From positions 670,882-734,881 of the forward strand of contig OY970338.1 of NCBI GenBank assembly GCA_963717515.1: 64,000 nt of DNA, written 5' to 3'. How positions within the stretch are numbered: position 1 is the first letter of the stretch; every line of letters begins with the position of its first letter. The notes beneath the pieces were generated by a model. The model saw only the letters and a program-made list of their open reading frames with translations. It did no database searches and was not told the DNA's origin. Source of the stretch: an uncultured Candidatus Woesearchaeota archaeon (GTDB lineage Archaea; Nanobdellota; Nanobdellia; Woesearchaeales; DSVV01). A program made the position numbers and the translations under genes. Shown one piece after another: positions 1-9,604 of this stretch.

Positions 1-161
1 GAAAGACCGACCACAATCCCGTCTGCACCAGTGGATTGAAGGTACTTCACTATGCCATCGACAATATCTGCTGTCGCCTTTTTGCAGTCCAGCCCGGGGA
101 GAGTTATCTTCCCTATGCCTGGCTTCTCAAGGATTATCGGCATGATTTTATTGTTCATCAT
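1..161 (-). CDS. PP-loop ATPase N-terminus, NAD+ synthetase (NadE)-like; partial, runs off the window
   Basis: My own reverse translation from the ATG at 161 gives MMNNKIMPIILEKPGIGKITLPGLDCKKATADIVDGIVKYLQSTGADGIVVGLS. It ends where the SGGxDS PP-loop would start. It is too short for the ORF track. Confidence 0.45.
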   Translation of the reverse strand, partial: MMNNKIMPIILEKPGIGKITLPGLDCKKATADIVDGIVKYLQSTGADGIVVGL

Positions 162-325
162 AATTACAGGATATCATTATGTATATTTTAAAGCTTGTGG
201 TTCGATATATACAAAGTCTCAATTCCTCATTACTTATGAAATAATGTCTAACTGATAGCAATAAAGTCCAAGGTGAACATGATTGATTCACAATATTTAA
301 AAAAGCCCCGCACACCCCAATAAAT

Positions 326-1180
326 ATGGCAGGGGATATTTTCAGGCTCCTAAGGGTGAGCCAGTGGTACAAGAACATAGTCATCTTCATCGCCCTCTTC
401 TTCACAGGCCATGTGTTCATTGCAGGAGAGCTTTGGCCGACGATGCTCGGGTTCGTCTCCCTCTGCCTGATATCATCAGCCAACTATACCATCAACGACA
501 TAGTCGACAGGAAATCCGACAGCCTGCACCCTGAGAAGAAAGACAGGCCTATAGCCTCTGGCAGGTTCCCAGTCCATGCTGCCTCATTGCTCGCATTTTT
601 CCTTGTCGCTATTTCTGTGCTTGCCTCATCGATGCTCTCTGCATATTTCATGCTCACGATAGCAGGGTTATTCATCCTCAGCCTTGCGTATACTCTGTAC
701 CTCAAAGACATTATGTACATCGACATCATCCTGATAAGCATCAACTTTGTGCTTAGGGCCATTTCCGGCGCATTCATCATCAATGTGGACATCTCTCCCT
801 GGCTCCTAGTCTGTGCATTCTTCCTTTCCCAGTTCATGGTCCTCGGCAAGCGCAGGTCAGACCTTGCATTCCTGGGCAAAGACGCATCCAGGCACAGGAA
901 GGTGTTCAGGCATTATTCTGTAGAGCTTCTTGACCAGCTGATAACTGCTGACATGGCCATACTCATGATATCCTATGCACTGTACACATTCCTCAAGGGA
1001 GGGGACAACATGATATACACACTGCCTATCGTGCTCTACGGACTGTACAGGTATCATTACTTGATATCGTCAGGCTCAGACATCCCGAGGCAGCCTGAAA
1101 AGCTTGCCGCAGACCCTGGCCTTGCACTATCAATCCTGGCCTGGGGCCTCATACTCTTTGTGCTCCTCTACGTGATATGA
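326..1180 (+). CDS. UbiA-family polyprenyl-phosphate prenyl/phosphoribosyl transferase (decaprenyl-phosphate phosphoribosyltransferase-like)
   Basis: 284-aa multi-TM ORF. N-terminal FRLLRVSQWYKNIVIF and the Asp-rich motif NDIVDRKSD are typical of the UbiA superfamily. A TATA-like ATATTTAAAAAA lies about 25 nt upstream. Confidence 0.8.
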   Translation: MAGDIFRLLRVSQWYKNIVIFIALFFTGHVFIAGELWPTMLGFVSLCLISSANYTINDIVDRKSDSLHPEKKDRPIASGRFPVHAASLLAFFLVAISVLASSMLSAYFMLTIAGLFILSLAYTLYLKDIMYIDIILISINFVLRAISGAFIINVDISPWLLVCAFFLSQFMVLGKRRSDLAFLGKDASRHRKVFRHYSVELLDQLITADMAILMISYALYTFLKGGDNMIYTLPIVLYGLYRYHYLISSGSDIPRQPEKLAADPGLALSILAWGLILFVLLYVI

Positions 1181-1181
1181 A

Positions 1182-1874
1182 ATGGTAAATAAATCCGGAA
1201 CCAAAAAAATATTTATCGTGATGCCCGCTTTCAATGAGGAGAAAGTCATAGGCAGGGTGATTGACAGTGTCAGGAGTGAGGGATTTGATAACCTGATTGT
1301 AATCGATGACGGCTGCGAGGACGGCACTGCAGAGATTGCAGATAAGAGAGGGGCCATTGTCTACAGGCACTTATTAAACAGGGGACTTGGTGGGGCTCTC
1401 GGAACAGGGCTTGCAGGTGCCCTGAAGCTTGAGGCAGATGTCATTGTGACATTCGACTCTGACGGCCAGCACAACCCAAAAGACATAAGGAATGTAATAT
1501 CGCCCATACTGAAGGGCAAGGCTGATGTTGTGATCGGCTCAAGGCTCATAAATCCAAAAGGGATGCCCCTTCTCAGGAGGGTCGGAAATTTCGGGCTCAA
1601 CATAATAACCTACATCCTATTCGGGGTGTGGACGACGGACTCCCAGTCAGGCTTCAGGGCATTCTCTGCACAGGCTGCCAAAAAGATAAATATCAGGACA
1701 AACAGGATGGAGGTCAGCTCTGAGATAATCAGGGAGATAGGAAGGAACAGGCTGAGATTTCAGGAAGTGCCAATAAAGGCGATATATACAGACTACTCGC
1801 TCAGACATGGCCAGAGTAGCATCAATGCCATAAGGATCGTCGCAAAGCTGATATTGAAAAAACTGATGAGATAA
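1182..1874 (+). CDS. Glycosyltransferase family 2 (polyprenyl-phosphate sugar synthase-like)
   Basis: GT-A motifs IFIVMPAFNEE, LIVIDDGCEDGT and TFDSDGQH. It starts 1 nt after the UbiA stop. Confidence 0.85.
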   Translation: MVNKSGTKKIFIVMPAFNEEKVIGRVIDSVRSEGFDNLIVIDDGCEDGTAEIADKRGAIVYRHLLNRGLGGALGTGLAGALKLEADVIVTFDSDGQHNPKDIRNVISPILKGKADVVIGSRLINPKGMPLLRRVGNFGLNIITYILFGVWTTDSQSGFRAFSAQAAKKINIRTNRMEVSSEIIREIGRNRLRFQEVPIKAIYTDYSLRHGQSSINAIRIVAKLILKKLMR

Positions 1875-1888
1875 GGAAGGTGATATGA

Positions 1889-2215
1889 ATGTTATTGCAG
1901 GTGATAATAATATTGTTTGCAGCTTTTGCACTCAGCAGGTCATACCTGAGGTACAGGAAAAATACTGAATCCCTTTGGGAATTCATGCTTTGGATAATCA
2001 TCTGGGTATCCATCGTCATTGTCGTACTGGTCCCTGAGATCACTGCGATTCCCGCGCAGATATTCGGCATAGGCAGAGGGATCGATGTCCTGATCTACAT
2101 CAGCATAGTCTTCCTGATATATTCTATTTACAGGATATATTCCAAGATAGAGCAGCTGGAACAGGACCTTACTAAGCTGACAAGGGAGATAGCGCTTGAG
2201 AGGAAGAAGAAATAG
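1889..2215 (+). CDS. Small membrane protein, DUF2304-like GT2 partner
   Basis: 108 aa with 3-4 TM helices followed by a charged coiled tail (EQLEQDLTKLTREIALERKKK). Immediately downstream of a GT2, which is the usual DUF2304 context. Confidence 0.6.
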   Translation: MLLQVIIILFAAFALSRSYLRYRKNTESLWEFMLWIIIWVSIVIVVLVPEITAIPAQIFGIGRGIDVLIYISIVFLIYSIYRIYSKIEQLEQDLTKLTREIALERKKK

Positions 2216-2282
2216 GAATGTAAAGCCGCTTGACCCGGATTGGATATCCATAAACTTAATAAAGATTCATGGTTTCATTCAG

Positions 2283-3377
2283 ATGATGAAAATATGCATA
2301 ATCATAGGGACCAGGCCCGAGATAATCAAGATGGCGCCCCTCATCAGGGCATGCGAGAAAATGAAACTGGATTATTTCATTCTGCATACGGGCCAGCATT
2401 ACACTTATGAGATGGACAGGAAATTCTTTGAGGAACTTGAGCTGAATGAGCCGAAATACAACCTGAATGTCGGCGGACAGGAATACAGGAAGCAGGTAGG
2501 GATGATGATCCGTGAAATTATGGACATCCTTAGGAAGGAATTGCCTGACATAGTCTTTGTCCAGGGAGACACTAACAGCGTGCTTGCCGGCGCGCTTGCG
2601 GCAAACAAGCTGAGGATAAAGATAGGCCACCACGAGGCAGGGCTCAGGAGCCATGACCTGACCATGCTCGAGGAGACAAACAGGATAATAACAGACCATA
2701 TATCAGATTATCTCTTTGCCCCGACAGAAGCAGCTCTCAGGAACCTCAAAGATGAAGGCATCAATGAGGGGAAGATGTTCCTGACAGGCAACACTATTGT
2801 GGATGCTGTGGAGCAGAACCTGAAAATCGCCGACAAGAGAGTCGATGTCCTGAAAAGGCTCGGCCTGGGCAAGAAAGGGTATGTCGTGGTCACTGCCCAC
2901 AGAGCAGAGAATGTGGATATTGAAAAACGGCTTAGAGGGATACTTGAGGGTCTGGTGCTTGTCCAGCGATATTTAAAGGTCCCTATCATCTTCCCGACAC
3001 ATCCGAGGACCGCAAACAACATAAAGAGATTCAGCCTTTCAGTGCCAGACAGCATCAGGCTCCTGGACCCGATGGGATATCTCGAATTTCTCCAGCTAGA
3101 GGGAAATGCCCGGCTGATAATAACAGACTCAGGCGGGCTCCAGGAAGAGGCATGCATACTGAAGATACCTTGCGTGACCATAAGGGACAATACAGAGCGG
3201 CCTGAGACAATCGAGGCAGGGATGAACATCCTCGCAGGCACTGACCCGAAAAAGATACTTGAATCAACCAAGCTTATGCTTGCGGACCGAAAAGAATGGA
3301 CAAACCCCTTCGGCGACGGAAAAGCAGGGGAGAGGATACTCGATATCTGGCTCAAAGGAGCTACTGAAAAGAGATGA
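2283..3377 (+). CDS. wecB: UDP-N-acetylglucosamine 2-epimerase (non-hydrolysing)
   Basis: ICIIIGTRPEIIKMAPLI, HHEAGLRS and ITDSGGLQEEA. Start moved to the MMK at 2283 because the ORF-track start at 2196 overlaps the previous gene. Confidence 0.85.
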   Translation: MMKICIIIGTRPEIIKMAPLIRACEKMKLDYFILHTGQHYTYEMDRKFFEELELNEPKYNLNVGGQEYRKQVGMMIREIMDILRKELPDIVFVQGDTNSVLAGALAANKLRIKIGHHEAGLRSHDLTMLEETNRIITDHISDYLFAPTEAALRNLKDEGINEGKMFLTGNTIVDAVEQNLKIADKRVDVLKRLGLGKKGYVVVTAHRAENVDIEKRLRGILEGLVLVQRYLKVPIIFPTHPRTANNIKRFSLSVPDSIRLLDPMGYLEFLQLEGNARLIITDSGGLQEEACILKIPCVTIRDNTERPETIEAGMNILAGTDPKKILESTKLMLADRKEWTNPFGDGKAGERILDIWLKGATEKR

Positions 3378-3422
3378 AAAAACCTGAGAAAGATTATTAA
3401 ACAGGACGGGATTCCCTTTTCC

Positions 3423-4571
3423 ATGAACATACTCATCACATCCATAATCGACCTGGAGAAGACATCTTTCTCAAGGCTCCATCATTTCATTGAGCATTTC
3501 CTCAATAATGGGCATAAAGTCACTGTCATAAGCCTCAGGGATACTTGGAAGCACAAGGGAATCAAGCAGAACCAGGCGCTCATTAGAAGGATAAAGGTAC
3601 ATTATATCACTGACAGGGAACTCAGCCCGATCCTCCAGAAAGGGAAGGCTTATTTCTCAATTAACAGGCTGCTCAGGGGGATAGACCTGGAAAAGACAGA
3701 TATCCATCTCGCCTACAACAGCCTCATACTGAGCTATCTCATATCAAAGAGGCTGAAGAAGCACGGCATAAAGACTATATATGACCTCGCAGATGACATG
3801 CCAGACATGCTGAGGAACAGCACTCAGATACCTGCATTCCTAAGGCTGTTTGCAGGTTATTTCGGAGGCATGATGCTCGAGAAGAACTTAAGGATGGCAG
3901 AACTTACTACTGTCTCAGCAAAGGAGCTGATAGGGAGCCTTGGTCTGGAGAAGCACAGGCATATATACATACCGAATGGTGTGGACCTGAAGAGATTCCG
4001 CCCACGCCAGTCAAGACACAAAGGCATCGTCATAGGATATCTCGGCGCCCTTCGTGAATGGGTCGACCTAAGGCCGATGCTATCCGCTGTAAAGAATCTC
4101 AAGGGCTATAAGCTCAAGGTGATGATTGTCGGCGGAGAAGAGGACCTGCCCAGATACCAGGAATACGTGAAGCAGAACAGGATGGAGAGCATCGTCACAT
4201 TCACAGGGAATGTGCCTTATGGCGAAGTCCCGCAATACATAAACAGGATGGACATAACTACTGTGCCATTCAAGAAAAATAGGGTGACTGACGGGACATG
4301 CCCGCTCAAGCTCCTTGAATATCTTGCCTGCGAAAAGCCCGCCGTGTGCTCAAAACTCAATGAGATAAGGTCGATGCTAGGCGATAGGGTCCTTTATGCA
4401 TCAACACAGAGGGAATGGGAGAAGCAGATAAGCACGCTCTATCATGACCAGATTCTCAGAGACATGCTCGGCAAGCAGGGAAGGAAGTATGTCGAGGAGA
4501 ACTTCAACTGGAAGAGGATCTGTGAGGGGATGGAAGATGCCCTTGACAGGTGCAGCAAAGGGCAGAATTAA
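3423..4571 (+). CDS. Glycosyltransferase family 4 (GT-B)
   Basis: 382 aa. C-terminal EX7E-type region TTVPFKKNRVTDGTCPLKLLEYLACEKPAV. Confidence 0.75.
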   Translation: MNILITSIIDLEKTSFSRLHHFIEHFLNNGHKVTVISLRDTWKHKGIKQNQALIRRIKVHYITDRELSPILQKGKAYFSINRLLRGIDLEKTDIHLAYNSLILSYLISKRLKKHGIKTIYDLADDMPDMLRNSTQIPAFLRLFAGYFGGMMLEKNLRMAELTTVSAKELIGSLGLEKHRHIYIPNGVDLKRFRPRQSRHKGIVIGYLGALREWVDLRPMLSAVKNLKGYKLKVMIVGGEEDLPRYQEYVKQNRMESIVTFTGNVPYGEVPQYINRMDITTVPFKKNRVTDGTCPLKLLEYLACEKPAVCSKLNEIRSMLGDRVLYASTQREWEKQISTLYHDQILRDMLGKQGRKYVEENFNWKRICEGMEDALDRCSKGQN

Positions 4572-4636
4572 TTAAGTTTATAAATTCCCGGCTTTTCCGA
4601 CGTACAAAGAGGTTCTGAAACATTGATTTGATAAGC

Positions 4637-5566
4637 ATGGACGCACCTTTATTCATGGACTGGCTCAAAGACCAGGAGAATAACATCATCCCAGTCCTGT
4701 ATCATTATGATCTATTGCTGAACAAGAGGCTGGACACGGCCAATCACAAAGAGCAGCTGCTTAAATTTGAAAAAGGCATCAGGTATCATCTTGCAAAAGT
4801 ATCGAACTCGAAATCAGAGAGGATATTCTCATCAAGCCACATCGATGAGCTGCTGATCAATGTCAATTGCCTCAAGGACACAAAAAGGGATTATCCGGAC
4901 GTCCATGGATTGCAGCGCCCTTATTCGATACATCCGTACAGGTCAGGCATTATCATCGGCGAGCTGCTGGATCAAGACAGCCCCCTTTACGACAGCTCGA
5001 TGACCTCGGCCATAAGCCATGATTTCCTGGACGAGGGTTTCAACAATGATTACATGCTTCTCCTGAACCATCTCAGGGAGAACGGGCTGACAGAGAAAAC
5101 GAGATTCGTGCTTGAATCCGCCCTTATCCATACAACACCCCTGGATATCATGAGGAAGCTGGAACACCCTGAGACTTCATCTGTCATCGATGAATACACG
5201 GTAAAGAGATATAAACGGGGCTCAAGGATATACAACATCAAGAAGCATGGTAATCCGGCGCATGCAATAGCGCTCCTGGCAGATGCGACAGATAATCTTC
5301 TTGACAGGCATGAGACTGAACTCAGCAACCCGAACAAGACAGTGCTCAATGAGGTAGGATTCGGCATATCTATAATAAGAACCCTGGATAATCTCATCCC
5401 TGCGGAGTTCTCAGATAAGATTAAGGAGCTGCATGCCCACATAACCAATGGCAACAGCAAGGCTTCGGAGTATGCAGACAGATTCTTGAGCATCCTGGAC
5501 TATGATGAAGTGTTCTTCCTGCAGGGATATATTTCCATATCCCCTGCATTGAACCATTGCAGATAA
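4637..5566 (+). CDS. Hypothetical protein with HD-type phosphohydrolase motifs
   Basis: RPYSIHPYRSGIIIGELL followed about 20 aa later by AISHDFLDEG gives an H...HD...D arrangement like RelA/SpoT-type HD domains. First ATG is at 4637; the track start at 4628 is a TTG. Confidence 0.45.
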   Translation: MDAPLFMDWLKDQENNIIPVLYHYDLLLNKRLDTANHKEQLLKFEKGIRYHLAKVSNSKSERIFSSSHIDELLINVNCLKDTKRDYPDVHGLQRPYSIHPYRSGIIIGELLDQDSPLYDSSMTSAISHDFLDEGFNNDYMLLLNHLRENGLTEKTRFVLESALIHTTPLDIMRKLEHPETSSVIDEYTVKRYKRGSRIYNIKKHGNPAHAIALLADATDNLLDRHETELSNPNKTVLNEVGFGISIIRTLDNLIPAEFSDKIKELHAHITNGNSKASEYADRFLSILDYDEVFFLQGYISISPALNHCR

Positions 5567-5644
5567 ATTAATCAAAGGAAGTTACCAGGATAAAAGTACA
5601 TGTGTTCATAAAATTTTTATACTGCATGCCCAATCTCTGGACTG

Positions 5645-7177
5645 ATGGGCGAGGAACATTCGATAATCAAGGACACTGTCATATTCTCTGTCTGCAAGTA
5701 CATATCATTTTTCCTCATCGTGATAACCACGACATATCTGCTAAAACAGCTTTCAGTCTCAATATTCGGGCTCTATTCGGCTCTCATGCTCATACTTGAG
5801 TACACCAGGTTCGCTTTTCTTCCGCTTTACTCCGCAAGCTATAAGAAGATACCCTTCATAAGGGGAAAGGGCAGGAGCGACAAGGAGATCCAGGAGGTCA
5901 GGGACCTCACTTTCGGCCCGACGTTCTACATCATGCTCCTGATAGCTGTCGGAGCCTTCATCAGCTCATTCATCCTCAACTACAGCCATGAGACCCTGAC
6001 AGGGCTGAGGCTGCTCTCCGCAATCATCCTCTTCCAGCACTTCAACTTCTTCCAGCTCAATTTCCTCAGGATCGACAAGAGATTCTGGGCAGCGGGCATC
6101 CTCAATGTCGTCCTCTCGGCAAGCAAGCTAATCCTCGTGCTGCTTTTGGCCGGACCATACGGGCTCGACGGCGTCCTTGCGGCATTCATAATATCATACA
6201 TCATAACAACGGTTACAGGACTCGTCATCGCCCCTTATAAATTCAGCTTCAGCCCGAAGAACATAAGAAAAAAGGCGCTGACACTCATGATAAAATCAGG
6301 CATCCTCCCTGCCCTGGTATACATAATATCCACAGCCTTCCTGACAGTCGACAAATGGATGGTTATAAAGTTCTACACAACGACCCTGCTGGGATACTAC
6401 GGCTTTGCGGTGTTCATCATCGAGATAGTCGGCTACATACCGCAGGCCATAGGTGGCGTCATGTTCCCAAGACAGATAGAGGCATACGGCAGGTGGAACT
6501 CATACTCGAAGATGAAGAACTACATACTTGTGCCCACAACAGTCATAGCCTACTCGATACCTTTCATCATCGCAGGGGCATTCTTCTTCCTGAACCCGTT
6601 CGTGAACTTTTTTGTCCCAAAATACATACCTGCAGTCCCTATAGTGTATATCCTTATGTTTGCCGCCTTCTTCGCTTCAGCCAAGATCCCGATAACGAAT
6701 TTCCTGATCTCGATAAACTTCGAATGGAACATCATCGTCATCAGGACCATGATGATCGCTTTCGTACTGGTCCTAAACATAATATACATCAGCCAGGGCT
6801 ACGGCCTTCTGGGTGTCGCGCTAGCTACGCTTATCGCCTATCTCATCGAGTTCTTCATCTTCTGCTTCTACACCCTGAAGACACTGAGATTCAATGTCCA
6901 GGACATACTTAAATCCACAGGCATGTACATGTTCCCTTTCGCCTACATGGCGCTGCTCTTCTACGCGCTCGGCCTCTTCGACTATTCCGCAGGCGAAGGC
7001 CTCGCATCTTTCATAGTGCCGGCTGTGAAATACGTCATATTCTGCATACTGAACATCCCGCTCCTCTATTATGTCGACAGGAAGACCAGGGTCATCTCTA
7101 TGCTGTACAAGATCTTTGTAAGGGACATCTGGACAAACATTTCCAGGCTCGACCCGGGCCTCATATTCAGGACCTGA
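5645..7177 (+). CDS. Polysaccharide/oligosaccharide flippase (Wzx / MOP superfamily-like)
   Basis: 510 aa with about 14 TM helices, in a glycan operon. TATA-like AAATTTTTATA lies about 25 nt upstream. Confidence 0.7.
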   Translation: MGEEHSIIKDTVIFSVCKYISFFLIVITTTYLLKQLSVSIFGLYSALMLILEYTRFAFLPLYSASYKKIPFIRGKGRSDKEIQEVRDLTFGPTFYIMLLIAVGAFISSFILNYSHETLTGLRLLSAIILFQHFNFFQLNFLRIDKRFWAAGILNVVLSASKLILVLLLAGPYGLDGVLAAFIISYIITTVTGLVIAPYKFSFSPKNIRKKALTLMIKSGILPALVYIISTAFLTVDKWMVIKFYTTTLLGYYGFAVFIIEIVGYIPQAIGGVMFPRQIEAYGRWNSYSKMKNYILVPTTVIAYSIPFIIAGAFFFLNPFVNFFVPKYIPAVPIVYILMFAAFFASAKIPITNFLISINFEWNIIVIRTMMIAFVLVLNIIYISQGYGLLGVALATLIAYLIEFFIFCFYTLKTLRFNVQDILKSTGMYMFPFAYMALLFYALGLFDYSAGEGLASFIVPAVKYVIFCILNIPLLYYVDRKTRVISMLYKIFVRDIWTNISRLDPGLIFRT

Positions 7178-7254
7178 AGGCAGAAGGCAGGGCGGGCTTT
7201 ACCTGATGTGCATAAAATTTATAAGTCATCCAGGGTTCATAGCATCATATTGGC

Positions 7255-8304
7255 GTGGAGACGGGAACTGTTTCCATACATATCCGGTCGGAGGCGAGCA
7301 AGATTTTCAAGGACAAGACCATACTCATAACAGGGGGCACGGGATATCTCGGGATCGCCCTGACAAAAGAGCTGCTCAAGCAGAAGCCCCAGAGCATCAG
7401 GCTCTTTTCCAGGGACGAGGTCAAGCATCACAGGACCCAGGAGCTTTTCGGCAATGACCCTAGGCTCAGGAACCTGATAGGAGACGTGAGGGATTATGAG
7501 AGGCTGCACAAGGCCATGCGGGACGCAGACATCGTCATCCATGCCGCAGCCCTGAAGAGGCTGGACATGATCGAGTACAATGTGGAGGAATCGATCAAGA
7601 CAAACATCCTCGGCACGCTCAACGTGGTCAATGCATGCCTCGCAAACAGGGTCGAGAAGGCTGTCTTTGTCTCGACTGACAAGGCGTGCTCGCCTGTGAA
7701 CACCTACGGGGCATCCAAGTTCGTCGGCGAGAGGATATTCATCGAGAGCAATTACAGCAAGGGCACATGCCCTACGAGGTTCTTGTGCGTGAGGTACGGC
7801 AACGTGCTTGAGAGCACCGGCTCTGTCATCCCGTTCTTCGAGGAGAAGATAAGGAACGGCGACAAGATACCCCTGACCGACGAGCGAATGACGCGCTTCA
7901 TCATCACTCCGGAGCAGGCTGTCAAGCTCATATTCGACGCATCCGAAACAGGCCGCGGAGGGGAGGTCTTTGTCCCGAAACTGCCTTCCTTCAGGATTAT
8001 AGACCTCATCGACATACTCAAATCCAAGAACAGGAGCACCAACAACGTCGAGGTGATAGGCATAAGGCCCGGCGAGAAGCTCCATGAGGTGATGATCAAC
8101 TCTAGTGAAGTGCCAAGGACGTACCAGTACAAGGGCAATTACATCATAATATCCCAGATTGAGAGGTACATAGACGACAAAAGGCCCGCTTATTTCAAGG
8201 GCAGGCAGCTGACTGAAAAGGACATGGACGAATACAGCTCGAAGGACAATCTCATCAGCAGGGACGAGGCTGAGGAGTTCTTCCGGAGTCAGGGACTCAT
8301 GTAA
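7255..8304 (+). CDS. pseB: UDP-GlcNAc 4,6-dehydratase, PseB/CapD/FlaA1-like
   Basis: Rossmann motif ILITGGTGYLG and catalytic region VSTDKACSPVNTYGASKFVGE. GTG start with ATTTATAA about 30 nt upstream. Confidence 0.8.
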   Translation: METGTVSIHIRSEASKIFKDKTILITGGTGYLGIALTKELLKQKPQSIRLFSRDEVKHHRTQELFGNDPRLRNLIGDVRDYERLHKAMRDADIVIHAAALKRLDMIEYNVEESIKTNILGTLNVVNACLANRVEKAVFVSTDKACSPVNTYGASKFVGERIFIESNYSKGTCPTRFLCVRYGNVLESTGSVIPFFEEKIRNGDKIPLTDERMTRFIITPEQAVKLIFDASETGRGGEVFVPKLPSFRIIDLIDILKSKNRSTNNVEVIGIRPGEKLHEVMINSSEVPRTYQYKGNYIIISQIERYIDDKRPAYFKGRQLTEKDMDEYSSKDNLISRDEAEEFFRSQGLM

Positions 8305-8305
8305 A

Positions 8306-9604
8306 ATGGTGGACATCCTCGTCCCCCAGGTGGGATATGTCGAGCGGGACACCCTTGTCCTGTACAACGTGATGTACTATCTCGAGAAATGGGGTTATTC
8401 CGTCAAAGTCGTCCCTCATTTCGACCTGCACGCTCTCTTCAGGCACAGGCCGAAACATCTCCTTCTCACCGATGCGAACGGCGATTTTTACGCGGTCATG
8501 TTCGCAAGGTACGCAAAACGCCTCGGCATGACCACGGTCTCGCTGAGCGCAGAGTCAAACCACGAGTCCCAGGTCCTCGACACCTTCTGGGGATACAACA
8601 CCGGCAGGGAGATGAACGTCGACGTGAGGTTTGTATGGAACAGGAAGATAAAAGAAGACGTCCTTGCCGACTGCCCTGATTACAAGGGATTGATAGATGT
8701 GTCAGGGGCAGTGGGATTTGACAAGTACAGGTGGATGAAGTACAAGGACAAGAAGACGCTCCTCAAAAAATACGGCAAGTCGAGATTCAGCAAGGTCATA
8801 ACCTATGCGGGCTGGAACTTCAGCTATTTTGTCGACGAGAAGAGAAGGAAGACGAATCCCTTTGAATATTCAGAGGAGGAGGTGGAGCGCAGGAAGCTTG
8901 ACCTGGAATTCGTGAGGGACGTTCTCGGCAGGGCGCTTGCGGACAATCCGGACATACTATTCATCTTCAAGAAGCATCCGGGCCTCCTTCCAGGGGTCCT
9001 CGAGATCCTGGACGAGTGGTCAGAGCTTGACAATGCGATAGTCATGCAGTACGAGGAGAACATCTATGACCTGATAAACGTCTCAGACATCTGGCTGGTG
9101 TATGACAGCATCACCTCTGTAGAGTCATGGATACTCGGCAAGCCCGTCATCCAGGTGGTCCCCGAGGCTGAGGACTACAGCAGGTGGTATAGCAGGATGC
9201 ACGAGGGAAATGTCATTGCAGGAAGCATAGGGGAGCTCCAGTCATGTATCGACGAATTCTACAGGGAGGGCCGTATCAGGGCATTTGATGAGAGATCGGG
9301 CTTCAGGAAGGGGTTCGTCCGGATGAAGTCGGAACACCTGGACGGGCTGAACGGGTTTCGGACAGCCCGGAAGATAGACAGGTTCCTGAAGAAGAGCCGG
9401 CCTGGCAGGAGAGTATTTGCGCCTGGGCTGTATCTCAACACGCTGATATTCAATATAGTCCATTACATGATACTTTACCTGCCATTCATAAAGAGATACG
9501 ATTTTTTCAGGTCACGCTACAGGACCTTTCCAAAGGTCCTTGAGAACAAGAGGCATTATCAGAAGATGATAGGGGAATTCGCAGAGTCAAAAGGTGTGGT
9601 ATGA
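8306..9604 (+). CDS. Uncharacterised GT-B-like surface carbohydrate biosynthesis protein (TagB/TagF- or capsule-synthesis-like)
   Basis: 432 aa. VITYAGWNFSYF, ILFIFKKHPGL and LINVSDIWLVYDSITSVESWILGKPVI resemble the YaPTxR / HP / sD.litDySS blocks of glycerophosphotransferase-type GT-B enzymes. Sits between the pseB-like and pseC-like genes. Confidence 0.4.
   Translation: MVDILVPQVGYVERDTLVLYNVMYYLEKWGYSVKVVPHFDLHALFRHRPKHLLLTDANGDFYAVMFARYAKRLGMTTVSLSAESNHESQVLDTFWGYNTGREMNVDVRFVWNRKIKEDVLADCPDYKGLIDVSGAVGFDKYRWMKYKDKKTLLKKYGKSRFSKVITYAGWNFSYFVDEKRRKTNPFEYSEEEVERRKLDLEFVRDVLGRALADNPDILFIFKKHPGLLPGVLEILDEWSELDNAIVMQYEENIYDLINVSDIWLVYDSITSVESWILGKPVIQVVPEAEDYSRWYSRMHEGNVIAGSIGELQSCIDEFYREGRIRAFDERSGFRKGFVRMKSEHLDGLNGFRTARKIDRFLKKSRPGRRVFAPGLYLNTLIFNIVHYMILYLPFIKRYDFFRSRYRTFPKVLENKRHYQKMIGEFAESKGVV

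Noticed and set aside
52-483. ORFs 52-255 (+) and 148-483 (-)
   Set aside because: The first overlaps the NadE-like 5' partial CDS and its promoter. The second overlaps the promoter and start of the UbiA gene. Both have implausible composition.
7237-8367. 376-aa ORF antisense to the pseB-like gene. Similar long antisense or out-of-frame ORFs occur at 10908-11777, 12218-12880, 21434-22297, 50926-51630 and 6355-6912.
   Set aside because: Each lies entirely within a gene whose product has strong family motifs. The translations are low-complexity (Arg/Pro/Leu/Ser-rich), with no motifs or ribosome-binding site. These are typical shadow ORFs.
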